64,000 bases of DNA from Amoebophrya sp. A120 (Eukaryota > Protista > Dinoflagellata). This document shows positions 11,441 to 25,190 of this stretch, one piece after another. Where the stretch lies: assembly GCA_905178155.1 (NCBI GenBank), contig CAJINV010000014.1:1753984-1817983 (forward strand). Direction: 5' to 3'. Made by a program: the position numbers and the translations under genes. The stretch's first letter is position 1; each line of letters starts with the position of its first letter. The notes under the pieces are model-generated. The model was not told where the DNA came from. It ran no database searches and saw nothing but the letters and a program-made list of their open reading frames with translations.

Positions 11441-13801
11441 CTACGGTGCGCCGCGTTGCCCCATCTCCCCGCTCAACAGTGCTCCGAGCGCTTCGGACCC
11501 CTGTACATTCGGGTGCAATCCGTCTACGCCGTACAGCTCCGGCGTGTTTTCGCCCCGCAGCGTCATTTTCGTGTTAGTGAAATCGAGTTCGAGGCAGCCT
11601 CGGGGTTGGGAATTTTCTTGCATATTGCCATTGGCTCCTACTCCACCTTCTGCCGAAGAAATCGCGTCCAAAAATTCCTCACTTTTCACCAGTTTGTATA
11701 ACGCCTGCGTCGACGCCTTCCAAAACCGGTCCAACAAGACCGCCATGGCGTTGTCTTTGATGTGTTTCGCGAGGTTGATTCCACTTCTGTTCACGTTGTT
11801 TCGTGCAGGTCCGTCGCTTTCCTGGTCGTCTCGACGACCTCCGAGCACTTTCCACATAACACCTCGGAAAAAGTACAGCCGCGGCCTCGGTAGGGATAAG
11901 ATCACGACACGAATTTTCAATTTTCTTTTCCGCCAGGGGAGACTGCCGAGCTTCATTTGTTTTAGTTCCTTGACCGGCTTCGCTGCGCACGCCCTTTCCG
12001 TTAAATAACGCACATATGTCGGCAGGTACGCTTTCCAAAGCTTCTCGTACAGCACCGCAAACTTGCCGCCCCACAGCCGCATCGATTGCAGCATCTTGGC
12101 GACGAGATAATCCTCATCGGTGTAGTTTTTGTCCTTCAGTTCAGGCAGTTCTTCGTCGATGAATTCTTCCAAAATTGTCGGGTAAAAGTCATTTCCGGAC
12201 ACGTGCACGAACAGTGTGTCCCCGCGTTGCAGGTTCTCGCGCACGGAAGTGTCGTTCTTCACGACGGAAGTTGTTTTCGTGGTGGTGGCTCCGTCAGAAG
12301 TGGCGGGAGAGTTATTTTCATTGTCAGAACCTTGGCCTTCTTTGTTTTGCGCTCGTTCGACATCAAGCACATCAATGTTTCGCGACAGGAGACCACGCCC
12401 GAATAAAATTGCAGGCTTGATGGCGCCTGTGTTATCAGGGTGAGAGTCCGAGCGAGCAGCGACCTCTGGCGACTCTGCAACTTCTACCCTCTCATCTTCC
12501 TGTTTTTCCGCGCCTCGACGATCTCCATTTTGAGCACCAGAATTGACAACAACAATCCGGTCCTTTAGCGAGCTCCCTGCCTCCGCTGCCATCACCACTT
12601 GAGATAAAGGCACAGGACCATGGCTACTTATACTGGTATCAAAACCTCCACGACCGTGCTCTTTCTCCCTTTTTTCCCTTTCCTCCAACGCTTTTCGGTA
12701 CAGGTAATAGTTGGCCCAGTAGGCCACGTCGGGCTTTTGCTTCTCCATAAACAAATCGTAGGAGAACGGAAGGTATCAAATGTAAAAGTGTTTGGGTCTG
12801 GAAGAGTCATGCTGTTTTTGCATGACGCAGAAGGTCTGGCATGGAAGCTCTAGCATCACAGGTTTCGAGAACCTTCCGCAATGCAGAATCCGCATGACAA
12901 GTCCCCTATTTTGCTGACAAAAAGTGGGAGCTTTTGCTACGTATGCATGAGAGACTTTTCTGTGTCCTGAAATACGCATTACAAGTTGCATTCTTCCAGA
13001 CCCAGACATTTTTACATTTGATAGAAGGGAATTTTCCTTCAGTTCGGTGTTGGGAATTTCCAAAAACCCGCTGTTATCCAGCACGCTATCCCCGACGAGG
13101 AAGCCGAGCGAGTCGATGTGGAAATCGAAATGAGGTGGACCTGCGTGGTCTTCTGTCGTTTTGTGGTGTTTTCTACTTCTTCCCATATTCTCCCCGTACC
13201 GCAAGTTCTTGGCAATCTGGTCCACGAGAATTCCGCTGTGCCGGTTCTTCCTGCGGCCGTTGTTCTCACCATCGGAAGTAGTTCTCGAACTATTTTCTCC
13301 GTAATAGTACTCATCGAAGTTGATGGGAACCAGGGGCACGGAAAGCCGCTTGTCGTTTTCATTACCAGGAGATGGTGGTCCTTCGCTGCCACTTCTATTT
13401 GGATCAAAGTACCACACCAAAACGCCGACTAGCGCCCCGCACACCGCTAAACCTCCGAGACAACAGAGAAGGACCACCGCCCAACAAGGGAAGATAGGCT
13501 TCGGCTTAGTCGCCCGTAAGCTTAAAGAAGAGCTACTAGGTGAAGTAGAGCGGTGTGGTCGTGTGTGCGTGCGCAGCTCGTCCGCTCTCTTGCTCGTTTT
13601 TATCCTTGTAGAAGTCGAGTACGAGTAAGTTTCATCTACAGGATACGAAAACGAGGCACAGGAGGGAGATTCTTCTCGTGCTGCGTGATGATAAAAACTT
13701 GAACTTGTGTTCTTGCGAGACGACCCCACTGCCAAAAATGTCGTGCTGTCGCGAGGCAATTCAGACTCGGGAGTCTCGCCTCTGATGTAGGTGCGCGGCA
13801 T
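11441..13801 (-). CDS. Membrane-anchored SGNH/GDSL-type hydrolase (esterase/lipase), 1 introner intron
   Basis: Blocks FLVGDSVLD (I), VHVSGND (III), DGLHPNVQG (V); N-terminal TM WAVVLLCCLGGLAVCGALVGVLVW; frame joined by removing 12774-13023+DR. Confidence 0.8.
12774..13023. mobile_element. Introner family D (TAT..TGTAAAA.TGTCTGGGTCTGGAA TIR), DR gaagg
   Basis: Element+DR = 255 nt, frame preserved. Confidence 0.92.
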
Positions 13802-14883
13802 GGTAGTTGGATATTCAAAGTATCAAGGTATGGAAATCAATTTTAAAAAGTCAGGAGTTGTTAGCTTCGCCTGCGGCTCCGGCTGCCCCAGAGAAACATT
13901 GAGCTTTTTAGTGAGGCTACAGGTTGAGGCTCTTGTATCCGTGACAACAAGAGGAAAAAAGTGTCGCACTGAAGTGAAAGTCAAGAATTAACACCACGAT
14001 TAAGATCCTACAAAACACTCGGAACAAGCCCCGCTGAAAATAACGAGTTGGGTTGACAATGACATCGTTTGTGGTCTTCGCCATTTGATCCTGAACAATA
14101 GCAACTGCGTCCAGGAGATCTCCGTCTTGTTACCAGGAACTGAAGCGGGCAAGAAGTTATTTCCTCCGCGGAGACCCAAGTACTCAGCTCGCTGAGAATT
14201 TATCTTATCCGTCTATCTCATTTGTACAAAAGTTTACACGTACAGACCATTCGCGACATCTCGGCAAGGCACGCATTAATGTACAAATCAAAATCAAAAT
14301 GTCCTCCAGGGTAGTAGATCGTACTCGGTATAGTATACGACGGCAAGCGCTTTGCTTTTTTTTCGATAGCTCTATTTGTACAGCGGTAAAGTAGTTTTTT
14401 CCTACGGGCGAGCTGGTGCTTTTTTTCTTTTTGATCATCATCAAATGGCGCAATTATTTTTACGCAGTGTTGCTGTTGGTACAGTGTGTGGCGTGAAACG
14501 CTGAAACAGGGATCGATGATCCTTACTGAACTGAGTGTTAAACGTTCGATCTGAAATTGTTGAATATTCTCTGTTGAACTATTGATGAATTCTGTTGAAA
14601 CTTAATTAAAGATCTGCAGGAGGAGCCGCGGAAGGCTCTTCGTCTTTTGTAGAATTAGATTTTGAAAATTGAAGCTGAAACATAAGGTAAAAACATTCTT
14701 TCAGTAGACTGATAGTGTAGTGACTGGTATTGAGTTGAAGTCTAATCGTACAATTGTGTTTGACTCTGAGAAAGTTGAATACGTAAATTGTCAAGAGTGA
14801 TAAACTGTTTTTCTTGTTGGTGCGTCAACCTTCTGAAAAATTCTGCGACACCTTCTGGGCTGCTGTCATCGATTTTTTCCGCT

Positions 14884-17800
14884 TCACACCAAATTGTAGT
14901 GAAACTCTTTTCCGTACTGGTGCTCTTCATGCTCTCCGAATGGTGTCGTCGGTCCGGAAGTAGTTTTGTCTCTGACAAGATTTCCCGTCGACGAAAGCTC
15001 GATCGAGACCAGCTGCTTCTCCTGAGGTCCACATCTACAGGATTCCGGTCCTTGTTGCGCGCCCGCAAGATCGCTCGCGGCATTGCGTGCTGCACCTTCT
15101 CTGGCACGCGCACGATCTTTTGGTGGCATTCCTGGATGACCAGGTACAAAAGAGCGGAAAAAATGTGCTTCGTTGACGACACTGTTGCGTTGGCCACGTT
15201 GAGAAGTGCTTGCGCTGCTGTTCTCCTCTTCCCTGTTATCTACGTCTACGTGCAGTTCTCCTCTTGGTGGGCCGGGAAAAAGATCTTCGGCTTGATCTTT
15301 GTCACATCTCTTGACTAGTGAACGCCCGTCATGATCCTCGTCCACAATTACCTTCACCGGAGAGACTTCAGGTGACGGCGTTCGCGGGCCCTGTTCTAGG
15401 TCAACTATGTAGTCTGACGTTAACATTGCTGGCCGACGGGAATGCGCTTGGTTTGGTGCCGGAGATGAAGTAGAAGATGAATGAGAATGAGTTGTGCAGC
15501 TCTCTGGTCTTTGTGAAGTCACTGCCCGGGGATCACTGGTCTGGTAGCTGCTCCTCCGAGCAGCTGCGCCACTTTCTTCACCTCCGGGCTTGAAAGTGTA
15601 GAAGCTCGCGGTCTTGTGGTTGTCCCACTTGCAGCTGCTTCTGTTGCCGCATTCTTCTCCAATAGAAGTTGTGTTTGAGTGTTGTAACTGAGTCGACTCT
15701 TGGGAGGCGGACGCCGATTCTGGTGACACCAAGAAGGAGCGGCTGCCTGAGCAAACAATAGTAGACGGCGTTCTTTCACTGTTGTGAGGTGCAGTTTTCG
15801 ATGTGCCGAACCAAGTAGCACGGCTTGAAGATGAGCCGCCTGGTGTTCTTGACGCAGCTGGCCTGTTTTTCATGCCGTAGCTTTCCGCCTCCAGCTCCAC
15901 CTGCCCCTGTCGGTAGCGTCTCAAAACCACCCGTGTTCCAAAAACCGCAACGAGCAGCAGAAAAAAAGCGGATACAGGTACTACTTCGAAATCGAGGAAG
16001 TCCGCCAAGAACACGAAATTTCGTGACTGCAGTAGTGTGATTGTGCTTCCTGCTTCTCGTCCGGACGGAGTTCTACTTGTATCCGCGTCATGCACAGCTG
16101 TTTCATCTTCAAGTCCAACATCTGCGGTTGTAGGGGAAACGGACGTCGACGGACGATGTTTCGTCTCTACTTCCTCAACTCCAACTCGTTGCAAGCCGGT
16201 CAAAGACAGGGGCTCCTCCACATTCGTCTTTCTGCCAGCTTTCGAGGTCGTTGACCCAAACAGGTAATCTTTGGTCAGCTTCTCGGCAAATTGCAGAAAA
16301 CTTTCTTGCTCCACCGCTTCTTCATCATCTCCCACCTGTTTGTCCTGCTCCCCGGTAACGGAGAGCTTTCTGCTTTGGTGCGAAGTGGGCGAGGAAGAGG
16401 ATACTTTTCTCGACAGAGATGAGGTAGAGGACATGGGCAACGACATCCAGACTCGGCTACTCGAAGTTGTTAAATCTCCAGCTTTTTCTTTACGCCCGAT
16501 CGCGAGCCAATCCTCTCCAAACGCGGTCGCGGGAGCTGCAGTGGGAGCAGCCGGAGCTGCAACGGTGGCGACGACACTCGTTCCGTGGGAGGCGTCCTCC
16601 GTCTGCAGGGTGGAGGATGAAGCCGTGGCTTTTTGATCACTCGCTTTATTTTCACCTTGTTTATGCTGGTGCTGGTGCTTCGGGCCGCCACCATGTTGAT
16701 GCTGCTCCTTCTTGTGCTCGTCGCGTTCTTTGTGTTCATGTTCTTTGTGCTCATGATGAGCCTTGCCTGCTCCATGATGCTGATCATGTTCCCCGCCGTG
16801 GTGATGATGCTTGCCGCCTGTAGCTTCGTCAGAGGTGGCAGCCCCTTTTGTCTTCGTTTCGTCTTCTTCGCTTCCGCGGCCTCTTTCGGCCCCTTTGCTC
16901 GCCGTCTTCTCCTTGTTCATGGCTGCCTCCTCGGCGTTGCTTTACTCTCAGGCCCCTGCTGCGCCTTTGCCTTGCTGGCCGCTCCAGCTCCACCCGGTCC
17001 CTTGGCAGTTCCTTTCGCCTTCGCAGGAGCTGCCTTTGCTTTTCTTGATGCGGCAGCCGATCGGCCTTTCTCATTGTACTCCACGTTCACGTTGGTGGTC
17101 ACAGAACTCTTGGTCTGCCCGCCTTTCGGTTCTTTTGCAGCAAGAGCAGCTTCTGCTTTAGCCATTGCTGGCGGCGGCTTTGGTTTGTTCGCTGGTGGTG
17201 GAGCGAGGAGCTCTTCCTCCTTCTCGCCCTCGCTGTACCACCCTTTTTCCATGTGCTTCAGGGGCGCAAGAGTTGTCTCCTCCGAGGAGCTGGCCGACGA
17301 TTCCACCTCCTTCTTTTGTGCCTCCTTCTTCTTGCGTCGTCTGGCCGCCGCGGCCCACACTCCACCTGCAAGACCGCCAAGAACGACGCCACCTTCCGCG
17401 GCCTCCTTCGGATGCGCCTGAATCCAGTTGCCACCGCCACCACCACCGCCACCGCCAGTGCTGGGAGCGTCAGTGCTGGGAGCGTCAGTGCTGGGAGCGT
17501 CAGTGCTGGTGGGAGCGTCAGTGCTGCGGGGAGCGTAGGTGCTGCTGGGAGCGTCAGTGCTGCTGGGAGCGTCAGTGCTGCTGGGAGCGTCAGTGCTGGG
17601 AGCGTCAGTGCTGGAGGTGTCTGGAGCCTCAGTTGCAGGCTCATCAGGATCATGGTCAGGGTCGTTCTCCGCGTTCACGATGTCGTCGTAGTGATCGTCG
17701 TTTCGGTCCATCCCGTTCTCACCAAAGTAATGCTTGTACTCTGCCTCCGACACCTCTCCGTCGTCATTCCTGTCAACGAGATCGAAGCGCTCGTCTCCCG

Positions 17801-20800
17801 CCTCTCCGGGGCCGTCTCCGCTGTGTCCAAAAATCCCACTCTCAATATGCTCCCCCCAACTAAAACTGTTCGGAGTAAAAACCTCGTCGGGTTGGAGTTT
17901 TCCGTCGTGGTTGTCGTCCAACTTGTCGAAGGGTACTGACCCCACCCCCTGTGGGTCTTTGCCGAGAGCAAAGACACCCTGGCCGGCGGCGATTCCGGGC
18001 GCATTTTCCGGCAAAACGTTTTCATCCACATCTCCGCCGGTTTCCTGCTCGTACCCGCTGCGCACCGTGTCCTGCCAGAAGTCAAAACCCTTGTCCGGCG
18101 GCGGGTCCGCGAACGCCGGAAACATGTCGTCCTTCTTGTCGATCCCGTCCGGTCCGAAAACTTCGTTTAGTTCTTGCTTGGTAACTATCACGGGCAAATG
18201 TGTCTGGGTCTGGAAAAATAAATGCAAGATCTGCGATGCATCTTGCGGACGACATGCATGGTCTGAAATGCACACAGAAGCATCACAGATTTTGCGACAC
18301 CTTCCTCATGCCTATGCCACATGACAAATGCGCCTTTCGCCAACTAAAAAGTTGGTAGCTTTAGGCGATCACGCAATACAGATTTTCTTGCGATCGAGAT
18401 TTGTTCGCATGACAAGCTGCCACCTTCCAGACCCAGGCATATTTGCAATGCATAGTAACGAGCCCGTCGTGGTTTTCATCCACTAGGTTGAACCGCTTCT
18501 GGATCACTTCTGGATCCGTTTGGGCGTTTCCGAAAATCGTCGGCGGCGGGCCACCGGCGGGCGCGGACCGGGTCGCCTCCTCGATGGAGATGGCAGGCAC
18601 GGCTTCCTTGCCATCTCCCGCGATGTCATTCTTGTCTATGGCGTGCATCTCGTCAAACGTGACATGGCCGTCCGAGACCTTGTGATCGTGTCCTTGCACA
18701 ACGAGACCCCATGTAGCCTTCTGATGCTCTGTCAGATCCGGAGGCGTATGCACTGCAAAAGTGTCTGGGTCTGGAAGTTTGGAACTTGTGATGCTACCCT
18801 TGGACTCTGCATAAAATCTGTATAGCATGAACAGCAAAGGAGGCGCGATCTGTGCCACACGGAGAGGGCATTTCTCATGCGTCATGAGCATCAGAAAGCC
18901 CTCGCAGAATTTCTGATGCTAGGGCACGCATCACAGACCTCATGGGTCATGCAAAATCTGCATGACAAACTCTTGCATTCTTCCAGACCCAGACATTTCT
19001 ACATTTGATAAGGCGACATCTCGCCGTCGTCTTGATTAGACGGAAGCGGCATCCTATGCAAGAAAAAAAGGAGCGCCAGTACACTCATACATTTTTATGA
19101 CATTTCGGCAAGAACTTCTCAAACTTGCTCTGCATGAGCATGATCTGCAACGCAGGGACGATATGAATATGGCAAGAAAACGTCGTCGCACATCGGGAAA
19201 CATGGGGGGGGGAGCAGGCTCCGCCCAAGCATTTCCGGCATGAGATAGAGTTTGTCCTCTGTCCTGCTTGTGCTTGCCTTGTAGCGCAACATCACAATGT
19301 GTACCTGCAACACGACTTTTTTCTTTGCATACATGTCCCCCGGGTTGTCGTTGTCCCCGCCTGACCCAAACGGGTATGGAACTGTCAGGATTGAAATTAA
19401 CAGAGTTGAAATAGTTTGTGATGCATAAAATCTATACCAGTTGGGCCCACAGTTTCCAATCGACGCACGACAAATTTTCCTGGTCTCTGAAGCAAGTCTG
19501 TCATGCTGTTGAGGGCAAGATGGCTGCTCCCTGTCATGCTAGTCAGCCGCCCAATTCTTGACCCTTACCAGCACTAGAATCTGCCTCCCGCCTTGCGCCT
19601 TCTGCAATAGAGTCACGTCAGTCTTTGTGTCGCAGTTTATGCATGACAAATCATTTCAAATTTGTCGATTTCGAACCTGACACATCCATAACGGGGGGTC
19701 GAGTTTTATGACAACATCGCCGCGCCGGTTCACATCATAGTTCTCGTTATCGACCTGCACCTGGCCTGATGGGTTGTCATTCGGTTCAGCGAGGTCGCCG
19801 GTCCGGTCCTCCAGAGTATCCAGGTGAATTTCCCCCGGTTTGTGATCCGACCCCTCCAGCTTGACGAGCTTGTCCCAGAGGGCGGGACTCCCCTTGAACT
19901 CGTCCTTTTGTAACACGCCGTCGGCTATCAAATGCAAATATGGGGTCTGGGTCTGGAAGAATGCATTTTTTTGTCATGCAACTTTTCGAAGACACAAGAA
20001 ATAATGGTCTCTGATGCACGTAAAGCATTACAGGTTTTGCGCTGGCCTCTTGATGCCTATTCCGCATGAGTAATTTCCTATTTGCGTAGCAACAAGCGGA
20101 CAGCTTTTCCTTTTGGTGCTCATGCAATACAAATTTTTGCCTATTCATATTCTATAATCCGTAGGACAAGTTCGAATTCTGCCAGAACCTTCAGACATTT
20201 TTGCAATGCATATCGCCGTAGTAGGGTCCGTTTGCGTAGTAGGATCCCTTAGCCTTTCCTTCCATGACCGCTTCAGCCTGGTCCACGCGATTCAGATCAT
20301 CCGGAATGTTATACATATGCAAAATCAATCGTTCGCTAGTACTAGTGATTACATCTGCATCACAAATATTCTCACAAATAAGGTAATGCTGTTCAACAAC
20401 TGTTTGACTTTGTCTTTGATGCAATATTGGAATTTGTACGACGAGTTCGATAGTTTTACAATGGATAAGTACATGTCGACTTCATTGTCATCCCCAGCAA
20501 TTTCGTCGTTCATGTGCATCTCCAGTTTCGCCTGCAGATCTTCTGCGGGGTTCTCGCCTCCGCGCAATCCCCCCTGTTGCGTACTCGTCTCGGTTCCGCT
20601 TTCGAAGTCGTCGGGATACTGAATGGAGTCCAGCTCGGCTTTGGTAATGATAGGGTGTTTATCAACTGTAAAAGTGTCTGGGTTTGGAAGATTGCCGGCT
20701 TTGTCATGCACATTTTGCATGACTCCTCAAGTCTGTGACGCATGCCCTAGCATCACATATTTTTAGAGGGCTTCCTGATGCCTATTCCGCATGACAAATG

Positions 20801-23800
20801 CTCTCTCCGTACTGAAAAATTTGGACTCTCTTTGCTGCTCATGCAATACAGATTTTTTTGGAATCCAAATTCAGCATCACAAGTTGCATTCTTCCAGACC
20901 CAGACATTTTTACATTTGATAGTGTTCCTTCGTGTGATAGTCCGCGTTGTACTTTTCCGCCGGGTATGGAAGTGTCAGGATCGAAATCAACAAAATCGAA
21001 ATAATTTGCGATGCGTAAAATGTAGGGCACTGAAGGCCTGTGTTGGGGAGTAGGCAAATGAGACCGATTGTGAGCCTGTTTAGGGGTATAAAATGTGCTG
21101 CCAGAGTAGCATGACAGGAGGAGTCTTCTTTGCCCAAACTGCATGACAGACTGGATTTGGGTGCGCCCGAAATTTGTCATGCGCCACTGGGAAACTGAGG
21201 CTCCAACAGACATCGATTTTGTGCATCGCAAATTTTTCGATTTTGTCAATTTCGATTCTGACACTTCCATACCGGGTGTATCCTGTGTAAAAACTTCTAC
21301 GGGGCCTACGCCCTCGAACCAAGATTGGAATTACTGAACAACCCACGTAAATCCAGAAGCTTTGGAAGGTGAGTCACGCATGACAGCACGAAATTTATTC
21401 GCAGTGTTCTCGCTGCAGTGTAGTGTACTTACTAGAGTAGCTGCGAGTACATCATCTTCCGCATTGCAGAGCCATCTTCTAATCCTGGTGTTTACGGTAT
21501 CTTCACAAATCCCGAAACACAACGGGTGGAATTATGGCATTTCATCATCAGATGCGCTGCATGTCAACAAACCTTTATTCTGTAGAAGTAGGGGCAAATA
21601 ACGCAAATCTCCACTATACAATTGATTCTGGGCCGCGGCGGGTGTAGCCGTTTTCTACACAGGATAGGGTTCCAGGTTTCATCATGCCAGGGTACGTCGC
21701 CATGCGCTGCGTATGAGAGTGCAAAAACTCGTCTCTGTCCACTTCCTTTCTTGTCATGCAAAACGCCAAATCCACACCCAACCGGGCCTTTTGACCACGT
21801 GCGCATGACAAGATTCCGACGTGGCCAAAAGCGCCCTTCCGTCTGGACCACGTCGATTTGTGTTCATGCAAAAGCTCCATCCTTCAACGAGCTGCTCTCG
21901 TTGGTAGAAATGGCCTTCAAACCAGGAGCAGAGCGAGGAGTAGTTGTCCGCTATCATACTGCTGTGTTTGGATCCAAATCTTGTCCGTGGATCTCCTGTA
22001 TCAACTGCAAATAACTCGTCTGGGTGTGGAACTTATTGTGCCGCTTGTCGAGCCCTTGTTGCATTCCTGTAAATTACTCTGTACTGCATGTTGACTGAAC
22101 AACAAGACCGCAGCCACTTTAGCTTCACCTGTCTTGTTTCATCAGAAAGAAAAACGCATAAAAAGCGCTAGCGCTACTGACGGCGCGACGAGAGCCTTCT
22201 AAAACTTCATCTCACGCTTGGCTGCGCTGTCTTCAACTCCTGCTGAAACTGTTTACTGATCCACAATGCTGCAGCACAACAAGTTTCCAGACCTCCCAGA
22301 CGTAGCTGCAATGGATATCCTGGTCTATTTTCAAATCGTCATTGATCATGTTTTATCGAGTGCACAAGTATTGTACTAGTCGTCCCACTTACTGTCTTCA
22401 CGCATGACAGATCCCCCTTCTACAAAGCAAAGCCATCAAGTTAAAAATGCAGATTTCATTTTGCAACCCTGAGAGAAAATTTCCAATTGCAATTCCGACT
22501 TCTACTTCATATACGATAGCGATACTTTTGCAATGCATATGTCCTGCAAGGCAGCCTGCTGCAGCGGATTCATTTTCGCTGGGTCGATCGGCGGATCGTG
22601 GTCCGGGTCGAAGGCACCGGGAGGAAATTGCTCCGCCACCTTGTCTATAAACTGCAAATATGACTGGGTCTGGAACCTTGTGAGGACGCTGGGCTGCGTA
22701 TTATGAGGGGGGCAAATCAAGTGCTGCCTCAGCGCGACAAGTTTCTGAGCTTCTGGGTGTTCTTGCCTGTTCTGCATGACAAACTGCGTTTCTGCATGAC
22801 AGAAAAATGGGCTGGGGCTCTTGGGTAATGTGCATGACAGATTTAAGAATCACACCAGACAAGCATGACGAACATGCATTCTTCCAGACCCAGACATATT
22901 TGCAATGGATATTGTCCATATACTGGTCTTTCTGCATCTCATGAATCGCCTCTTTCGTGATGCCATGTGGAAACTTCTCTTCAAATTCTTGTTGAGTGAC
23001 CTGCCACTTGCTGTCGTTTGCATTTTCACCGTTGTCTCCATCGTCGAACCACGCCACAAGATCCTCGTGCGCACCATCTTCATCACCCGTGAGGCGGAGC
23101 GCAAGCTCGGATGGCTCAGTCGTGTCACTGAAGCCCCCTGCTGTGAGCTCGTCAAAGTCTATTCTGCCATCAGAAGCCTCGATTTGTTGCATTATGTGAT
23201 TCATTACGTCCGGATTGTCAAAAGGAAAATCGCCATCGTCTTTCTGTTTCATTTCTTGGCTGACTTTTTTGGTTTTCCGCGTGCTCAGACGACGGTTTTG
23301 CTTTCTTGCTGTGCTGCGTGCTGTAGCCATTTTCCGCCGCCCCTGTTTGTAGTTCTTCTGGCTTTCTCCATTTTCGAGCGCGCTACTCGGACCAGAATTT
23401 GCAGCTGGACGAAGATATACTTTATCATCATCCACACGACCACCCGAAGTAGAAGAGGAGGTGTCTACTTTACGGAACTCGTCACTTGCTGCAGCTGATG
23501 AACTACTACTTCCGGCACCAGCAGCAGAAGGAGCGCTCTTACTGCTCGACCCAAGAAACAGAAAGCGTTGGAAGAAATCTCCCAGCCGATCTTTCCAGGA
23601 TGAGGAAGAAGCAGCTCCTTTTGTTGTTTCATCTCGATCTCGACGACGCTTCTTGTTTTTCCGCTTCCACCGACGCTAAAAATACCCGGACTTGCTGAGC
23701 TTCTCATTCAGTATCTGCAGCTGTTTTTCCGCTTCTTTTTCCTGCTTGTTCCCCAGTTCCAAGACCGCGGAGCCACCTTCGGTGGAGAGATCTTCCGTAG

Positions 23801-25190
23801 TTGCCGTCGGGGTCGTTGCCGTCGGCGTCGTTGCCGTCGGGGTCGTTGCCGTCGGGGTCGTTGCCGTCGGGGTCGTTGCCGTCGGGGTCGTTGCCGTCGG
23901 GGTCGTTGCCGTCGGGGTCGTTGCCGTCGGGGTCGTTGCCGTCGGGGTCGTTGCCGTCGGGGTCGTTGCCGTCGGGGTCGTTGCCGTCGGGGTCGTTGCC
24001 GTCGGGGTCGTTGCCGTCGGGGTCGTTGCCGTCGGGGTCGTTGCCGTCGGGGTCGTTGCCGTCGGGGTCGTTGCCGTCGGGGTCGTTGCCGTCGGGGTCG
24101 TTGCCGTCGGTGTCGGCAGCAGGGATGATGCTGTGACAGCTTCGGGTTCGGCTGCTGAAGATGCATGGGAGATGCTAACTGCAGGATGGGTAGTAATTAT
24201 TCTAGTTTTTCCGACCGCTTCTGCCGTTCTTCTTGGTGAAGGACTGGGGGCGCTATCACTAGAAGACGCAGTTGGGACACGACGACTCGCGGACTCCCCC
24301 TTCTCCTGTTGCAGGAAGGACGAGGACGCTGGGGAAGGATTTGTTCTACTTGCCGCATTAGTAGCTGACGAAGTGCTACTGGTACTGGGAGAAACACCAA
24401 ATAGGACATGATCCCAAAGTTGATGGCCATCATTATCATGTTGTCGTGTAGCCCCCTCGATGTTTTTGATATGATCCGCACTACCACTACCTGTGTCGAC
24501 GTCGCGGCTGTGCGGCGGCGCAACCGCCCTGGAATTATCGATCTGCGACGCAGCTTTCTTGGGTTCTTCGCTGTTTTCTTCATCGGGAATAAATCCCAAC
24601 ATTCACATGTCTCTTGCTGTCGACGTTTTGCTGACTCCGGACACGAAAATGAGATGGTGGTAACCAAGCTGGAGACCAAAGTTCCTGCTAGTGTGGTAGA
24701 AGTCCTTGTTACCGGACAATGTGGATCTTGTTTTGGGTGATGAGCTAGAACTGGTAGAAGTCAGTAGCACCAGGAGGAGGTGCACAAGCAGTCCTGAAGC
24801 CGTCGTAGCAAAAAGCGTGGCTCTGAAAATGATCCGGCAGAACTTGTGCATCGTCGCTACTCGGCTGAAGGAGTAATAAAAGAACCCGCGGCTGTCCAGA
24901 GCACTATCCACCAGAAGCACACAGCGCTGCAGCAGCGGTATGAAGGCATGAAAACGGCCTTGGCCAGCCCCAACTCCGCGCAGCCCAAGAAAGGAATCCC
25001 GACGCCGGTACAAGAATGCGGACAGAAGAGTGCTGGCGACGGAGCGAATGGTTTTGCGGCTGCGATGCAATCCTGCTGGAAGACTGGAGCTGCAGTTGCT
25101 GCTCCGGCGTCGCTTTCTTGGTCGTTTCATGATGCCGGGTGTGGTACTCGCTTGGTGTCTGCTTATTGTGCTCTTCGCATGAAAAGCCAC
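14884..25190 (-). CDS. Secreted/membrane acidic EF-hand-like protein, paralog A; >=11 introner introns; in-frame TGA, TAG and an apparent frameshift (possible pseudogene)
   Basis: N-terminal hydrophobic segment, PTATT and STDAP repeats, EF-like loops DENHDGLVTKQE, DDNHDGKLQPDE, DRNDDGEVSEAE, C-terminal TM. Colinear similarity to paralog B (LQILNEKLSKSGYF, GAFDPDHDPPID, AEAVMEGK..GPYYGD, DKGFDFWQDTVR, AFGEDWLA, EQESFLQ). Exon structure around 21280-21990 unresolved. Confidence 0.7.
17456..17613 (-). repeat. Coding repeat (S)STDAP x~10
   Basis: 15/18-bp gtgctgggagcgtca units. Confidence 0.9.
18186..18454. mobile_element. Introner family D, DR gtaac
   Basis: TIR and DR seen; restores HDGLVT-KQELNE. 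Confidence 0.9.
18747..19010. mobile_element. Introner family D, DR aggcg
   Basis: TIR and exact DR. Confidence 0.9.
19055..19331. mobile_element. Introner family F (TAT..AAGAAAAAA TIR), DR catcc/catgt
   Basis: tatgcaagaaaaaaag...tttttctttgcata. Confidence 0.75.
19375..19690. mobile_element. Introner family B, DR acggg
   Basis: tatggaactgtcagg...cctgacacatccata. Confidence 0.9.
19926..20212. mobile_element. Introner family D, DR tcggc/tcgcc
   Basis: TIR seen; restores GPYYGD-GVLQKD. Confidence 0.85.
20310..20467. mobile_element. Degenerate introner (A-like)
   Basis: tatacatatgcaaaa...ttttacaatggata; removal gives NEVD-IPDD as in paralog B. Confidence 0.6.
20660..20921. mobile_element. Introner family D, DR gtgtt
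   Basis: TIR and exact DR; restores TKEH-PIITK. Confidence 0.9.
20965..21271. mobile_element. Introner family B (opposite orientation to 30490 copy), DR ccggg
   Basis: TIR tatggaagtgtcag...ctgacacttccata. Confidence 0.92.
21999..22317. mobile_element. Introner family D (diverged), DR tcctg
   Basis: TIR remnants and exact DR. Confidence 0.8.
22354..22539. mobile_element. Introner family A, DR tgttt/tgtcc
   Basis: Removal gives ALQD-MIND, matching paralog B LVDMIND. Confidence 0.8.
22646..22911. mobile_element. Introner family D, DR ttgtc
   Basis: Element+DR = 271 nt restores YMD-KVAEQF. Confidence 0.9.
23800..24112 (-). repeat. Near-perfect 15-bp coding tandem repeat (PTATT x~21), mucin-like stalk
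   Basis: gttgccgtcggggtc units, one variant unit. Confidence 0.97.
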
